Shown here piece by piece: positions 9,369 through 17,474 of a stretch of DNA of 33,733 nucleotides (its first letter is position 1; the number at the start of each line of letters is the position of its first letter). A model generated the notes under the pieces. That model saw only the letters and a program-made list of their open reading frames with translations, did not search any database and was not told the origin of the DNA. The position numbers and the translations under genes were made by a program. Origin of the DNA: a virus (taxonomy: Duplodnaviria; Caudoviricetes); IMG/VR virus record IMGVR_UViG_3300037603_000018, positions 1 through 33,733 of that record; one strand, 5' to 3'.

Positions 9369-9870
9369 GATTGAATATTTTATTAAAACGCCCTTTAAGA
9401 CCGTTTAAGACAGTTGTTTTTATGGCTGTGATGGCTGGCACATTGGGACTTACACCCGTCACCACTACCACCTTTGCCAGTTCATCACAGAGCTTCCCAA
9501 ACTCCTCCAGATAGGCCTCGTTCACCACTCCAAGGTTTTCACCTTGCCTTTCTATCACATATCCCGCATGATCCACCTTCAGTAGAGTATCTTCTTTTTT
9601 AAATGCAATGCTATCCACCTCACTTATTTTGAGCAGGAGCGCATTATTATTCCCTTCCATTACACCTACCACCACCGGAGAGCCGACAGCTGGGACAGCC
9701 TTCAGGTAGTTGTCTCCATTTGCAGCCACAGCATTGATCCGGCATTTCCTGTATTCCCTCGTTTCTGTCAATACTGTACATACATCTCCATTTACTTGAG
9801 TGACCGTTCCTTCCTTTAGGAATACATGCTGATTCTTTTTTATGAGTTCTACTATTAGCCGATCAAGCAT
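9358..9870 (-). CDS. Baseplate spike (gpV/gp45-like, OB-fold)
   Basis: GTVTQV...C.V and P.VGS.VVVG OB-fold pattern; lies downstream of the hub gene. Confidence 0.65.
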   Translation of the reverse strand: MLDRLIVELIKKNQHVFLKEGTVTQVNGDVCTVLTETREYRKCRINAVAANGDNYLKAVPAVGSPVVVGVMEGNNNALLLKISEVDSIAFKKEDTLLKVDHAGYVIERQGENLGVVNEAYLEEFGKLCDELAKVVVVTGVSPNVPAITAIKTTVLNGLKGRFNKIFNHGD

Positions 9871-10831
9871 CTCTTCCTAGTTTTACCATTCTTCTGTAAC
9901 CCTCCTCTGGAGAGCACCACACATTCACTTCTTCGATATAGTGTTTCGTGTCCCTGCCTTTTTCATAGAGGTCATCGACCACATTTACCACCATGCCATG
10001 TTTCACAAATGGGAACCCGAAGCTGGTTATGGTCCCTACATATTTGGAGAAGTTCCGTTCCTCTTCTTGTATGAGTTCTACATCTTTATCCAGCTGCTCT
10101 TTGGTTCTTCCCGGAATTTCACGCCTGATCACATTACCCCCGTCATTTCCGGCCTCAGCCCTTATTATAGTACCATCCGCCTGCAAGCTGCTTCCATACA
10201 CCTTCACGTTTACTTCCTCGCTGTCCCTGTAGGTGAGTGTATTGTTTAGGATATTATGCCCAAACACATATTTTTTCACTGTCTTGTCTATTTCCGGATC
10301 ACTATAAGGTTTGCCCACTATCAGGCGGTTCCCTCTAAAAAAGGTGTGAATACCACTGGTTTGCTTCAGCTCATCAAAGACCTTTACCGGGGTAGTTTTC
10401 AAAAGCGAAAAATCCCCATAATATTCGTCAGCACATTCTATTGCGTATCCTGGGGCCACTGCCTGAATGATTTCTTTCACCGAGGCATCACCCATTCTTA
10501 CATTCACTTCCTTTTGCTTCAGCTTCCACATCTCATCCTCGCATTCGATTTCATAAGGAATAGTAAGCTTTGGACTATAAGCCACATACCCTTCAAATTC
10601 GGTAACCAGCATGCCATTATAGCCAAGCTCGATTTTAACCCGATCACCTACTTTGATAAAGTCCCGAATATTTTTTACAGGATGCCTTTTACCTTCCTTT
10701 TGGTAGTACATGGCTTTTGGAAGCCACACCCGAGCGGTCTGCGTGAACCGACGCCAGGTGCTGCTGATATCTACCCGATTGATAGAATCAAAGCTTATTT
10801 TACCGATCGATATTTTGACAGACAGATACAT
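9863..10831 (-). CDS. Baseplate hub protein (gpD/gp44-like)
   Basis: GDRVKIELGY...EFEGYV; IECEDEM..LK; G.ITSFG.P. Confidence 0.75.
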   Translation of the reverse strand: MYLSVKISIGKISFDSINRVDISSTWRRFTQTARVWLPKAMYYQKEGKRHPVKNIRDFIKVGDRVKIELGYNGMLVTEFEGYVAYSPKLTIPYEIECEDEMWKLKQKEVNVRMGDASVKEIIQAVAPGYAIECADEYYGDFSLLKTTPVKVFDELKQTSGIHTFFRGNRLIVGKPYSDPEIDKTVKKYVFGHNILNNTLTYRDSEEVNVKVYGSSLQADGTIIRAEAGNDGGNVIRREIPGRTKEQLDKDVELIQEEERNFSKYVGTITSFGFPFVKHGMVVNVVDDLYEKGRDTKHYIEEVNVWCSPEEGYRRMVKLGRDA

Positions 10832-11427
10832 TAGAATTCTACTTCAATATCAAATGGTCGCTTACTTATCATTTGGCATTCAAAGGGCTGGACATTGCTA
10901 TACCCATACATCGCAGGTAGATTGAGCGACTTGAGGCTTACAAAATTCACCCCAAGCAAGTTTAGGAAAGTTGACACCACTGGGATGTCAGTCCCCTTGT
11001 AGGCAAATGCCTCCCTGAAGGCTTTCACCTGGTCAGTGGGATAATCAGTGCTTTCATAATTGATAAAAAACCCTTTGACCGTAAGTTGCCAGTCACTCAG
11101 CCCTATAAGCTCCTCTATCACCCCATCACGCCCCACTATGTCAGTTTCCACGATCTTCTTACCGATAGATGCTTCAGTTGTGCACTCCAAGGGGAAGTTC
11201 AAACCCTCAAAAACTTCATCACCTGTTCGATCAGCCTGGAGAATGATATAATCCCACACAGGCGTACCCATGTAGGTTCTTACCTCTTCAAAAGGCTGAT
11301 CGGTAGGCAATACAGCAATATTACCCGCCTGGTTAAAGACTTTGTCAATAACCGCACGGGTGCCTATGCTGGCATTCAGCCCAAATTGAGCCGTATATAA
11401 TGCATTGATGTCGATGTTAAAGTTCAA
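10831..11427 (-). CDS. DUF6046-like tail tube initiator/baseplate protein
   Basis: K.IVET.IVGRDG.IEE.I...DW.L..KG, YP.DQ and Q.F....IS..P motifs; TTG start overlaps the stop of the chaperone extension. Confidence 0.65.
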   Translation of the reverse strand: MNFNIDINALYTAQFGLNASIGTRAVIDKVFNQAGNIAVLPTDQPFEEVRTYMGTPVWDYIILQADRTGDEVFEGLNFPLECTTEASIGKKIVETDIVGRDGVIEELIGLSDWQLTVKGFFINYESTDYPTDQVKAFREAFAYKGTDIPVVSTFLNLLGVNFVSLKSLNLPAMYGYSNVQPFECQMISKRPFDIEVEF

Positions 11428-11623
11428 CGGTACCTTCTTTGCTATTTTGACGTTTCGATTCGTAATAAAGCACCCATCTTAGTTGTTCCCATTTGTCCCA
11501 AAACAATTGATCGGGTAGCTCTTCAGGATTCGGTATTTTGAAGTGATAGGAGAGCATGGCCGTTACCTTTCGGATAAAGTCATGGCCTCCCTCTGTAGAG
11601 ATAGGGAGGCTTAAACCTCCCCC
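11417..11623 (-). CDS. -1 frame extension of the tail assembly chaperone (gpGT-like T segment)
   Basis: -1 frame is open through the chaperone stop: ..GGLSLPISTEGGHDFIRKVTAMLSYHFKIPNPEELPDQLFWDKWEQLRWVLYYESKRQNSKEGTVEL*; it fills the gap to the next gene. Confidence 0.7.
   Translation of the reverse strand, partial: GGGLSLPISTEGGHDFIRKVTAMLSYHFKIPNPEELPDQLFWDKWEQLRWVLYYESKRQNSKEGTVEL
11585..11623 (-). other. Programmed -1 frameshift signal: G_GGG_GAG, 6-nt spacer, hairpin GCCTCCC/GGGAGGC
   Basis: Minus strand reads ATG GGG GAG GTT TAA gcctccctatctctacagagggaggc. Confidence 0.6.
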
Positions 11624-12042
11624 ATTTCTGCATCCATAAACTTGATGATTCCGTTAGCCTGGATAGCAGCCGTGTCTGCGATATCATCATCAGCCATCAG
11701 GCGTTCATCTCCTCCCAGCCAACAGTTGTTCCTTAGGAATTCTCCACATTCCAAAATCTTATCTTTGGCGTACATGCTCAGGGCAGTAGCCTTATGGTTT
11801 CGGTTGGGTTTCCTCAGGTAGCCTGTGGCCACATCACCTTCCTTGACAGTGACCTTGATCACGTGCACAGTACCATGCTTTTTCTTCCATTCTGCGATTT
11901 GCTCAGCAGAAACAATCCCATTTTTCAGGGCTTCAGTTTTTTCCTTTTTCATGATTTTCTTGGTCAGTTGATTGATTGTTTCATGCGGGGAAAAAGGGAT
12001 TCCCCTTTCCCTGCATTTGCTTCTCACCTCTTCACGGCTCAT
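11611..12042 (-). CDS. Tail assembly chaperone (gpG-like)
   Basis: EQIAEWKKKHG.VH.I, GYLRKP.R and NCWLGGDE motifs; follows the tail tube gene. Confidence 0.75.
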   Translation of the reverse strand: MSREEVRSKCRERGIPFSPHETINQLTKKIMKKEKTEALKNGIVSAEQIAEWKKKHGTVHVIKVTVKEGDVATGYLRKPNRNHKATALSMYAKDKILECGEFLRNNCWLGGDERLMADDDIADTAAIQANGIIKFMDAEMGEV

Positions 12043-12461
12043 GCGTTCCAGTCTATATCATGGATGTAGAGGGGTATTTCAGTGGTCAGTGCATCAGCAT
12101 TTCCCTGTTCAGCACTTCGCCCATTACTTTTGAACTTGGCACCTATCAGGGTATGCGCCACCTGTACGCCTGCATCATCCACATATGCTACCGAAATCGG
12201 AAAAGGCGGTATGTCCGGCAAAGACTTACCTGGAGGCAGTATTTTTTGAATACCGTCCACCTCTTCAGTAAGTAGGGTTATCGAGCCTTCATAAACTTCA
12301 TTGCCTTGAGTGTACCCGATGGGCTTAGTGGTTCCCACAGCTTTTACAGGATTGATATCATCTGTCCGGCTGTAGCTAATATTTTGCATACCCACGAGCG
12401 TACGACCAAAAACATTGATCCGTACAGAGGCATAATTCCTGAATTTTCCGTTGATATTCAT
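12039..12461 (-). CDS. Tail tube protein
   Basis: 140 aa after the sheath gene; G..P.G...GN..YEGSITL; IPPF.I.VAY. Confidence 0.8.
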   Translation of the reverse strand: MNINGKFRNYASVRINVFGRTLVGMQNISYSRTDDINPVKAVGTTKPIGYTQGNEVYEGSITLLTEEVDGIQKILPPGKSLPDIPPFPISVAYVDDAGVQVAHTLIGAKFKSNGRSAEQGNADALTTEIPLYIHDIDWNA

Positions 12462-12464
12462 TGC

Positions 12465-13700
12465 TTAGCGATTAGGGTTGTCAAATCCGATTTTGAGCGT
12501 AATCTTTCGATTGATCGCCACCGGAACAAAAGTCAATAGCACCTCGATTTTGGAAGTACTTAGTACATCCTGAGCAGGGTCTACATAAGCGTCCACACCG
12601 CCGGAGATATCGCCATCAGCCACCATTGAGCTAAGGGAAGCTTCGGTTATTGCTTCCAGTTCTTTGGCATCTTCATGTGCTATCCTTCCTGTATCCGGGT
12701 CCACCAGTGTACGGGACTTGATCCGAGGCACCAGTACGGTTCTGGCCAGCCTTATTGCCTTCTTGATCGTGCGGTTATTCTCGATATAGGCATAGTCACT
12801 GTCCAAGCCTGTAGCTGTAGGCGTGTCATTCAGGTGAAATCCTGCTATGCCAGGCGTGAAGTTGCCAAAGATGTAACCTTTGTCATGAAGTGCATCCAAG
12901 TCAGCATCTGTATACTCTGCCAGTTCCTTTGCCGAGCTAAGCCCACAAGTCAAATACAGCCCTTGTAATTTATTCGTAAGGTTAAAGGCTTCTATCAGTT
13001 CCCCTGCGTTTTGCGAAACAGCCGAAAGGCTCACCAGAGCCAATACATCCTCTACAGCTGCATAGCCTTCAAAGAGTTCGTTCTGTGCATATACTGAAGG
13101 ATCAGCAAGCAAAACCACCGAAACATCAGGACATTTGGGATCACTTTCCCTAAGGCTGGCAATGGCAGCTGCTGTACCTGTGAAGGATCGGCCTTCAATG
13201 ATAAACTCACAGTACCTTGCTTTGTCAAATTCAGCGATGGCCAGCTCCTGGGCTTTCGGTACAGCATTTACACTATCCTCATCCAAGCCGTTTGAAATGG
13301 TAGGTGTATACCCTGTCGCAGGGTTCCTGGCCACGGCCAGCTGTACGATATTTCCAGCCTGCTCCCTGAGCAGTTTTGCAGCGTAATCTTCTTCCTTATC
13401 CACCATTTCGGTAAGGGTCACCGTCTGCGCCACGGGCATAAAGTACAGCGTGATGGATGGGTTTCGGACAAATATCCGCCTCAGTCGCTCATAGACCAAA
13501 ACCTCGTTGTCCGTGTCGTAAGCTTCATTCAGCCCCAATGCCTCGACAGATGCCATTGAAATCAAAACATACACTTTCCCAAGCTCCATTTCATTAGTAG
13601 CCACCGCATTCATCACGATACCACTCACCATGTCAGCATTCGGGTTTCGCCTGCCAAGCCCACCTTCAAGTTTCTCTATTACTATATTGGGTCTTGCCAT
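12465..13700 (-). CDS. Contractile tail sheath protein (DUF2586-like)
   Basis: L..LHDKGYIF; DYAYIENNRTIKKA.R; C-terminal IDP.Q..L....I...L..VP-like motif. Confidence 0.85.
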   Translation of the reverse strand: MARPNIVIEKLEGGLGRRNPNADMVSGIVMNAVATNEMELGKVYVLISMASVEALGLNEAYDTDNEVLVYERLRRIFVRNPSITLYFMPVAQTVTLTEMVDKEEDYAAKLLREQAGNIVQLAVARNPATGYTPTISNGLDEDSVNAVPKAQELAIAEFDKARYCEFIIEGRSFTGTAAAIASLRESDPKCPDVSVVLLADPSVYAQNELFEGYAAVEDVLALVSLSAVSQNAGELIEAFNLTNKLQGLYLTCGLSSAKELAEYTDADLDALHDKGYIFGNFTPGIAGFHLNDTPTATGLDSDYAYIENNRTIKKAIRLARTVLVPRIKSRTLVDPDTGRIAHEDAKELEAITEASLSSMVADGDISGGVDAYVDPAQDVLSTSKIEVLLTFVPVAINRKITLKIGFDNPNR

Positions 13701-14218
13701 TATTTAGCCTCCTTTTTTAGTTTTGCCACTTCCTTTTTCAAACTGTCCACCTGCTTTTCAGCAGTAGCAAGCTTTGTAGTCAGGGCTTCCATTTCTTTTC
13801 CCGAGCTTTCCAGATCATCTGACAACTTCTTATTTTCATCCATTGCCTCTTTTAGATTTCGTTCGGATTCTTCATAAGCCTCCCGGAGTTTCGCTACTTC
13901 CAATACTACTTTCTCCTCATCATCACCTAGCTCCACATCCTCTTCCATCCTTGCAATGGCAGATACCTTACGCTCGGATTCCTGGTAAGCCCTTTCATTC
14001 TCCTGATATTCCTGAAGTACTTCTTCCAGGTCTTCATCCACCGGAGCACCTCCCTTGTGAAAAGGGTACACTTCCAAGCCACGCCTGTTCTTATGATTGA
14101 TGGCATCGCTTTCTATAAAAAAAGACTGCCCGTCACTAGTGATATGGACAGTCTTTTCGTTTGGGTATTCAGCGAACAGATCGTCCGCCAATTTTTTAAA
14201 ATCTTCCTTTTTCATCAT
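13700..14218 (-). CDS. Hypothetical head-associated coiled-coil protein
   Basis: N-terminal TSDGQ.F....A.NH motif followed by an acidic coiled coil; lies between capsid and sheath genes. Confidence 0.6.
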   Translation of the reverse strand: MMKKEDFKKLADDLFAEYPNEKTVHITSDGQSFFIESDAINHKNRRGLEVYPFHKGGAPVDEDLEEVLQEYQENERAYQESERKVSAIARMEEDVELGDDEEKVVLEVAKLREAYEESERNLKEAMDENKKLSDDLESSGKEMEALTTKLATAEKQVDSLKKEVAKLKKEAK

Positions 14219-14748
14219 TAGGGGAATAGTGTCTTTCTTATGAGTTTTAGAATGGCCCCACGTGATCGATACAGTACATAGAGCAGGGCCAGCAAAGTCA
14301 CTGCATAGGAGGGTTTATCATACCACTTGGGTTGATGCTCATAGATCACCTCGTGAGTACTTTTCTCCTGATTGCGAAATCGATTAATGATACTATCCTT
14401 AAGCATAACCAAGTGTGTAAGGCTATCTTGGATGTAGGAGATTTTAAGTCTACTACCTTCCAACAGTGCTTTAAATTCAGCATCATTGACTCCGGAATCA
14501 TTCCCCTCTGGTGGTTCTCCCGGTTCGCTTATATATGGAAGTAGGGTGATAGGATCACAAATAATTTCTAATTCGGTAGTAAATACCGCTCCCGGAAGCT
14601 TGATCGCCTCCTGCCTTTCCCGAACCTGCACGGTGGTACTGTCAGTAATGATTGTATTGTCAGTGGGTGCAGGCCCATTAGACCTGCATCCCGCCAACAC
14701 AACCACACCCAAAACCAATAGGTATTTTATAGCTTGTCTAATCATCAC
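14218..14748 (-). CDS. Lipoprotein with C-terminal TM helix; candidate unimolecular spanin
   Basis: Signal peptide with lipobox LAGC; C-terminal YAVTLLALLYVLY followed by basic residues. Confidence 0.6.
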   Translation of the reverse strand: MMIRQAIKYLLVLGVVVLAGCRSNGPAPTDNTIITDSTTVQVRERQEAIKLPGAVFTTELEIICDPITLLPYISEPGEPPEGNDSGVNDAEFKALLEGSRLKISYIQDSLTHLVMLKDSIINRFRNQEKSTHEVIYEHQPKWYDKPSYAVTLLALLYVLYRSRGAILKLIRKTLFP

Positions 14749-15669
14749 TTAGGGTTCTACTCCTGATACCAATGCACCAAATCCATGTTCCTGCGTTTTG
14801 TCACACAGCCCGTAAGTGTGCGTCCTGAACTCTGTCTGAGGATCAGCACTCCTGGTATCTTGCTCCATTGGCTGAAGGAGAAGCTTCACCCTTTCGATGT
14901 GATATACCGTTTGCCCGGGGGTGAAGAAAATACTTGCATTTCTGTCAGTACCAGCTGGTGTAGCTCCTTGAGCCTTCAATTCGCCCGAAGCATCATACTT
15001 AACTGAATGATTGTTCTCAAAGAACTTCAGTTTGTAGAACCGCTTCAGTTCACCTGTGTTCTTATCGATCTCGATATCACGATAGTTGTTAGTACTGCCC
15101 CTGTCTTCGATCAAATCTGCCCGGTGTTCTGGACACAATACCATTAACAGCTGCTCTGTAGGGTCCAGATTCAGGGTTTCAAGCTGCACGTAGAACTTGA
15201 TCAAATCAGCATAGGTAAGTTTCAACCTACCATTCACAGCAGCTCCGGAAGTTCTTATTACAGGCATCTTTCCCGCTACATCCTCCGCAGGTGCAAGTTT
15301 CTGCATCACATAGTTTCTTACCCCCAGTTTGAAGCCCTTGGTATGAGCCACACGAATAGCGTTTTCCTTGTCATAGGCCATATACCTAAGGTCTATGTCA
15401 GTGACGTTGGTAAGCTCGGTATCCATTTTGTCCCATTCAACAAGGCTTTTCTTTTCATCCAATTTTCTAGGAGTGAAAGCTGTTGACTTGTTGATGTAGA
15501 AAGCCACATCCTCAATCAGTTTATTGAAGCGGATACCATCCTTATCAATTGCTTGCTCCGGTGCTTTCTTTAGAAAGGCAATGAAGTCATCTTTGTAATT
15601 CCTGAAGTCAGTCAGGAGTTGGGGTGCCACATATTGTTGCAGCCACGCACCATCAGTTAATTCTGCCAT
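14749..15669 (-). CDS. Major capsid protein
   Basis: 306 aa immediately downstream of the head maturation protease; translationally coupled (TAATG). Confidence 0.8.
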   Translation of the reverse strand: MAELTDGAWLQQYVAPQLLTDFRNYKDDFIAFLKKAPEQAIDKDGIRFNKLIEDVAFYINKSTAFTPRKLDEKKSLVEWDKMDTELTNVTDIDLRYMAYDKENAIRVAHTKGFKLGVRNYVMQKLAPAEDVAGKMPVIRTSGAAVNGRLKLTYADLIKFYVQLETLNLDPTEQLLMVLCPEHRADLIEDRGSTNNYRDIEIDKNTGELKRFYKLKFFENNHSVKYDASGELKAQGATPAGTDRNASIFFTPGQTVYHIERVKLLLQPMEQDTRSADPQTEFRTHTYGLCDKTQEHGFGALVSGVEP

Positions 15670-16838
15670 TAATGGTTAAATTTTGCGTTAAACAATTTTT
15701 CAAATGCCTCAGGTGCTTCATCCTGTAGTCTGGCCAATCCTTTCGGATCAGTTTCTTGCCATTTCTCAAAGCTCCAGTCACCACGGCCTTTCAAGATTTC
15801 GTGGTCTCCTTCATTACCGGGATCTTGCCTTTCTCTTTTCGTCATCCCATTCAGGTCAGGCTTGCCGGGAATCCTGGATAAGGTTCTAATCACCATGTTA
15901 GGGTTGGCTTTGAAATCAGCCTCCCATTCCGCCCTTTCCGTAGGCTTGAATTTTCCTGCTTGCTGGGCAGGATCAAGCGTGGCCTTCATGAGCTCATTGG
16001 TCATTCTGTCCACTTCCTTTTTATACCTGTCAGAATTCACGGCCTTATCGACCAGGGCTTGCAGCTGATTAGCAAAGTCCCCATCGGCACTGGAGGCGGT
16101 AAGTTCGCCTGCCATGCCCGCAGCCATGAGTATGGCCATAATCGCTTCTTTTTTCATAGCACTAGTTTGGTTTGTATCGTTAGATGGGCCGGACTCCTTT
16201 GATGTAGGCCCTTCAAATAGTTTAAAAATATCTTCAGCAGTTCGGTTGCTCATATCTTCAGGATCCACTGCCCTTTTCTTAACTGGCTCTATGACTTCAT
16301 CCACTATGCCTAGATTAGCGCATTTATCAGAGTCAAGCCATGTTTCCTGTCCGGGTTTTACCCAGCCCTCTATTTCCTCCTCACTGGCAGTTGTTCGTTC
16401 CTTATAGATTTTCTTGATTCGAGCCACACAGCCTTCCATTTGTTCTAGGCTCGACTTTACTGCCTGCCTATTGCCATACACACCCATTTCTACATCATGT
16501 GCCATGAAGAATGCATTCTTAGTAGTTTTAATGGTGTCACCACCTAGTAGGATTATAGAACCCATGGAAGCAGCCAAGCCTTCATTGATCGTAGTGATCT
16601 TACAATCACTTGAGCGCATTAGATCATAGATGGCAAGACCCTCATATACCGAACCACCACCACAATGAAGCCTCACCGTCAAGTTGGTCTTGCTTGTGAT
16701 CAGGTCTCGGAATGCTTGCTGAAAACCAGCATAGTCCACGGCTTCCCATTTTCCGATATACCCGTATATTTTGATTTCCGCATCTTGCTGCGTAGCGTTG
16801 GTAACCTCGTATTGAAAGCCCTGTTTAAGTCTTGCCAT
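15669..16838 (-). CDS. ClpP-like prohead maturation protease fused to a scaffold domain
   Basis: IYGYIG, HCGGGSVYEG, GLAASMGS (catalytic Ser), FMAHD (His), ETWL..GIVDEV. ATG at 16838 preferred because the track's TTG start lies inside the promoter box. Confidence 0.88.
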   Translation of the reverse strand: MARLKQGFQYEVTNATQQDAEIKIYGYIGKWEAVDYAGFQQAFRDLITSKTNLTVRLHCGGGSVYEGLAIYDLMRSSDCKITTINEGLAASMGSIILLGGDTIKTTKNAFFMAHDVEMGVYGNRQAVKSSLEQMEGCVARIKKIYKERTTASEEEIEGWVKPGQETWLDSDKCANLGIVDEVIEPVKKRAVDPEDMSNRTAEDIFKLFEGPTSKESGPSNDTNQTSAMKKEAIMAILMAAGMAGELTASSADGDFANQLQALVDKAVNSDRYKKEVDRMTNELMKATLDPAQQAGKFKPTERAEWEADFKANPNMVIRTLSRIPGKPDLNGMTKRERQDPGNEGDHEILKGRGDWSFEKWQETDPKGLARLQDEAPEAFEKLFNAKFNH

Positions 16839-16868
16839 CCTTGATCCGTTTTCCTGTTTCGTTGGATG

Positions 16869-16876
16869 CAAAGATG
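16869..16876 (-). promoter_or_regulatory. Leftward late promoter -7 box CATCTTTG (variant of TAnnTTTG)
   Basis: Identical to the rightward box; 31 nt from the nearest operator. Confidence 0.6.
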
Positions 16877-16907
16877 TTGTGAAGGCAAAAAATCATGAAA
16901 TCATCAA

Positions 16908-16981
16908 TTAGAATTTAAAGAAAAACCTTTAAATCCTAAAGGTTTTTGTTTAGGATTTAAATGAAAACCTTTAAATCCTAA
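16908..16981. repeat. Two tandem 32-bp palindromic operators TTAGRATTTAAAK-N6-CTTTAAATCCTAA, offset 42 bp
   Basis: Copies at 16908-16939 and 16950-16981. Confidence 0.85.
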
Positions 16982-17012
16982 CTGAACTTTTCAGCAAAAA
17001 GAAGCCCTGAAT

Positions 17013-17020
17013 CATCTTTG
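17013..17020 (+). promoter_or_regulatory. Rightward late promoter -7 box CATCTTTG
   Basis: 31 nt from the nearest operator; 10 nt before the terminase small subunit ATG. Confidence 0.6.
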
Positions 17021-17030
17021 TATAAACAAA

Positions 17031-17474
17031 ATGACAGGGATGAGCAGCAAAAGGAAACTTTCCAATGAGGACAAAAAAGCGGTAGGTCTAGACCTCTACC
17101 TCAATACTGATAAATCGCAAAATGAAATTTGCAACATTATCAGCGTCACACCCAAGACTTTCTCAAAGTGGAAAAATGACGGAGACTGGGAGCTACTCAA
17201 GCAAGCCCAGACCATCACTTCCAAAAACATCATTTTTAATCTCTATAAAAAAGCGCATGACGAATCCCTCAAGGACGACATGAGTGCGGACAAAATGATC
17301 AAGATAGCTACCAGTATTGAAAAGCTATCCGATAGAAGAGTTACCATCGCTCAGATCATCAATGTTTTTCAGGAGTTCACCACTTATGCTTTCAATAAGG
17401 ATGCTGACTTGGCAAAGCAAATCAATGTAATGCAGAAGGAATTCGTCGAGTACAAAATTGAGCAAGGCCAATGA
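17031..17474 (+). CDS. Terminase small subunit (HTH, DUF1804-like)
   Basis: N-terminal HTH SQNEICNIISVTPKTFSKWKNDGDW; directly upstream of the large subunit. Confidence 0.75.
   Translation: MTGMSSKRKLSNEDKKAVGLDLYLNTDKSQNEICNIISVTPKTFSKWKNDGDWELLKQAQTITSKNIIFNLYKKAHDESLKDDMSADKMIKIATSIEKLSDRRVTIAQIINVFQEFTTYAFNKDADLAKQINVMQKEFVEYKIEQGQ

Noticed and set aside
642-13700. Tailocin/eCIS interpretation of the contractile tail cluster
   Set aside because: Capsid, protease, portal and terminase genes are all present and intact
14745-14757. CCC-TAA at the end of the capsid gene as a possible +1 frameshift or readthrough site
   Set aside because: The +1 frame stops after two codons (CCT AAG TGA); readthrough would fuse the capsid to a lipoprotein signal peptide, which is implausible
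16839-16871. N-terminal extension of the Clp protease from the TTG at 16871
   Set aside because: The TTG is part of the predicted -7 promoter box; ATG 16838 is more plausible
16908-16981. Repeats as a mini-CRISPR or as Mu end transposase sites
   Set aside because: Only two copies with a 10-bp gap, no cas genes, internal location, and symmetric placement between divergent promoters
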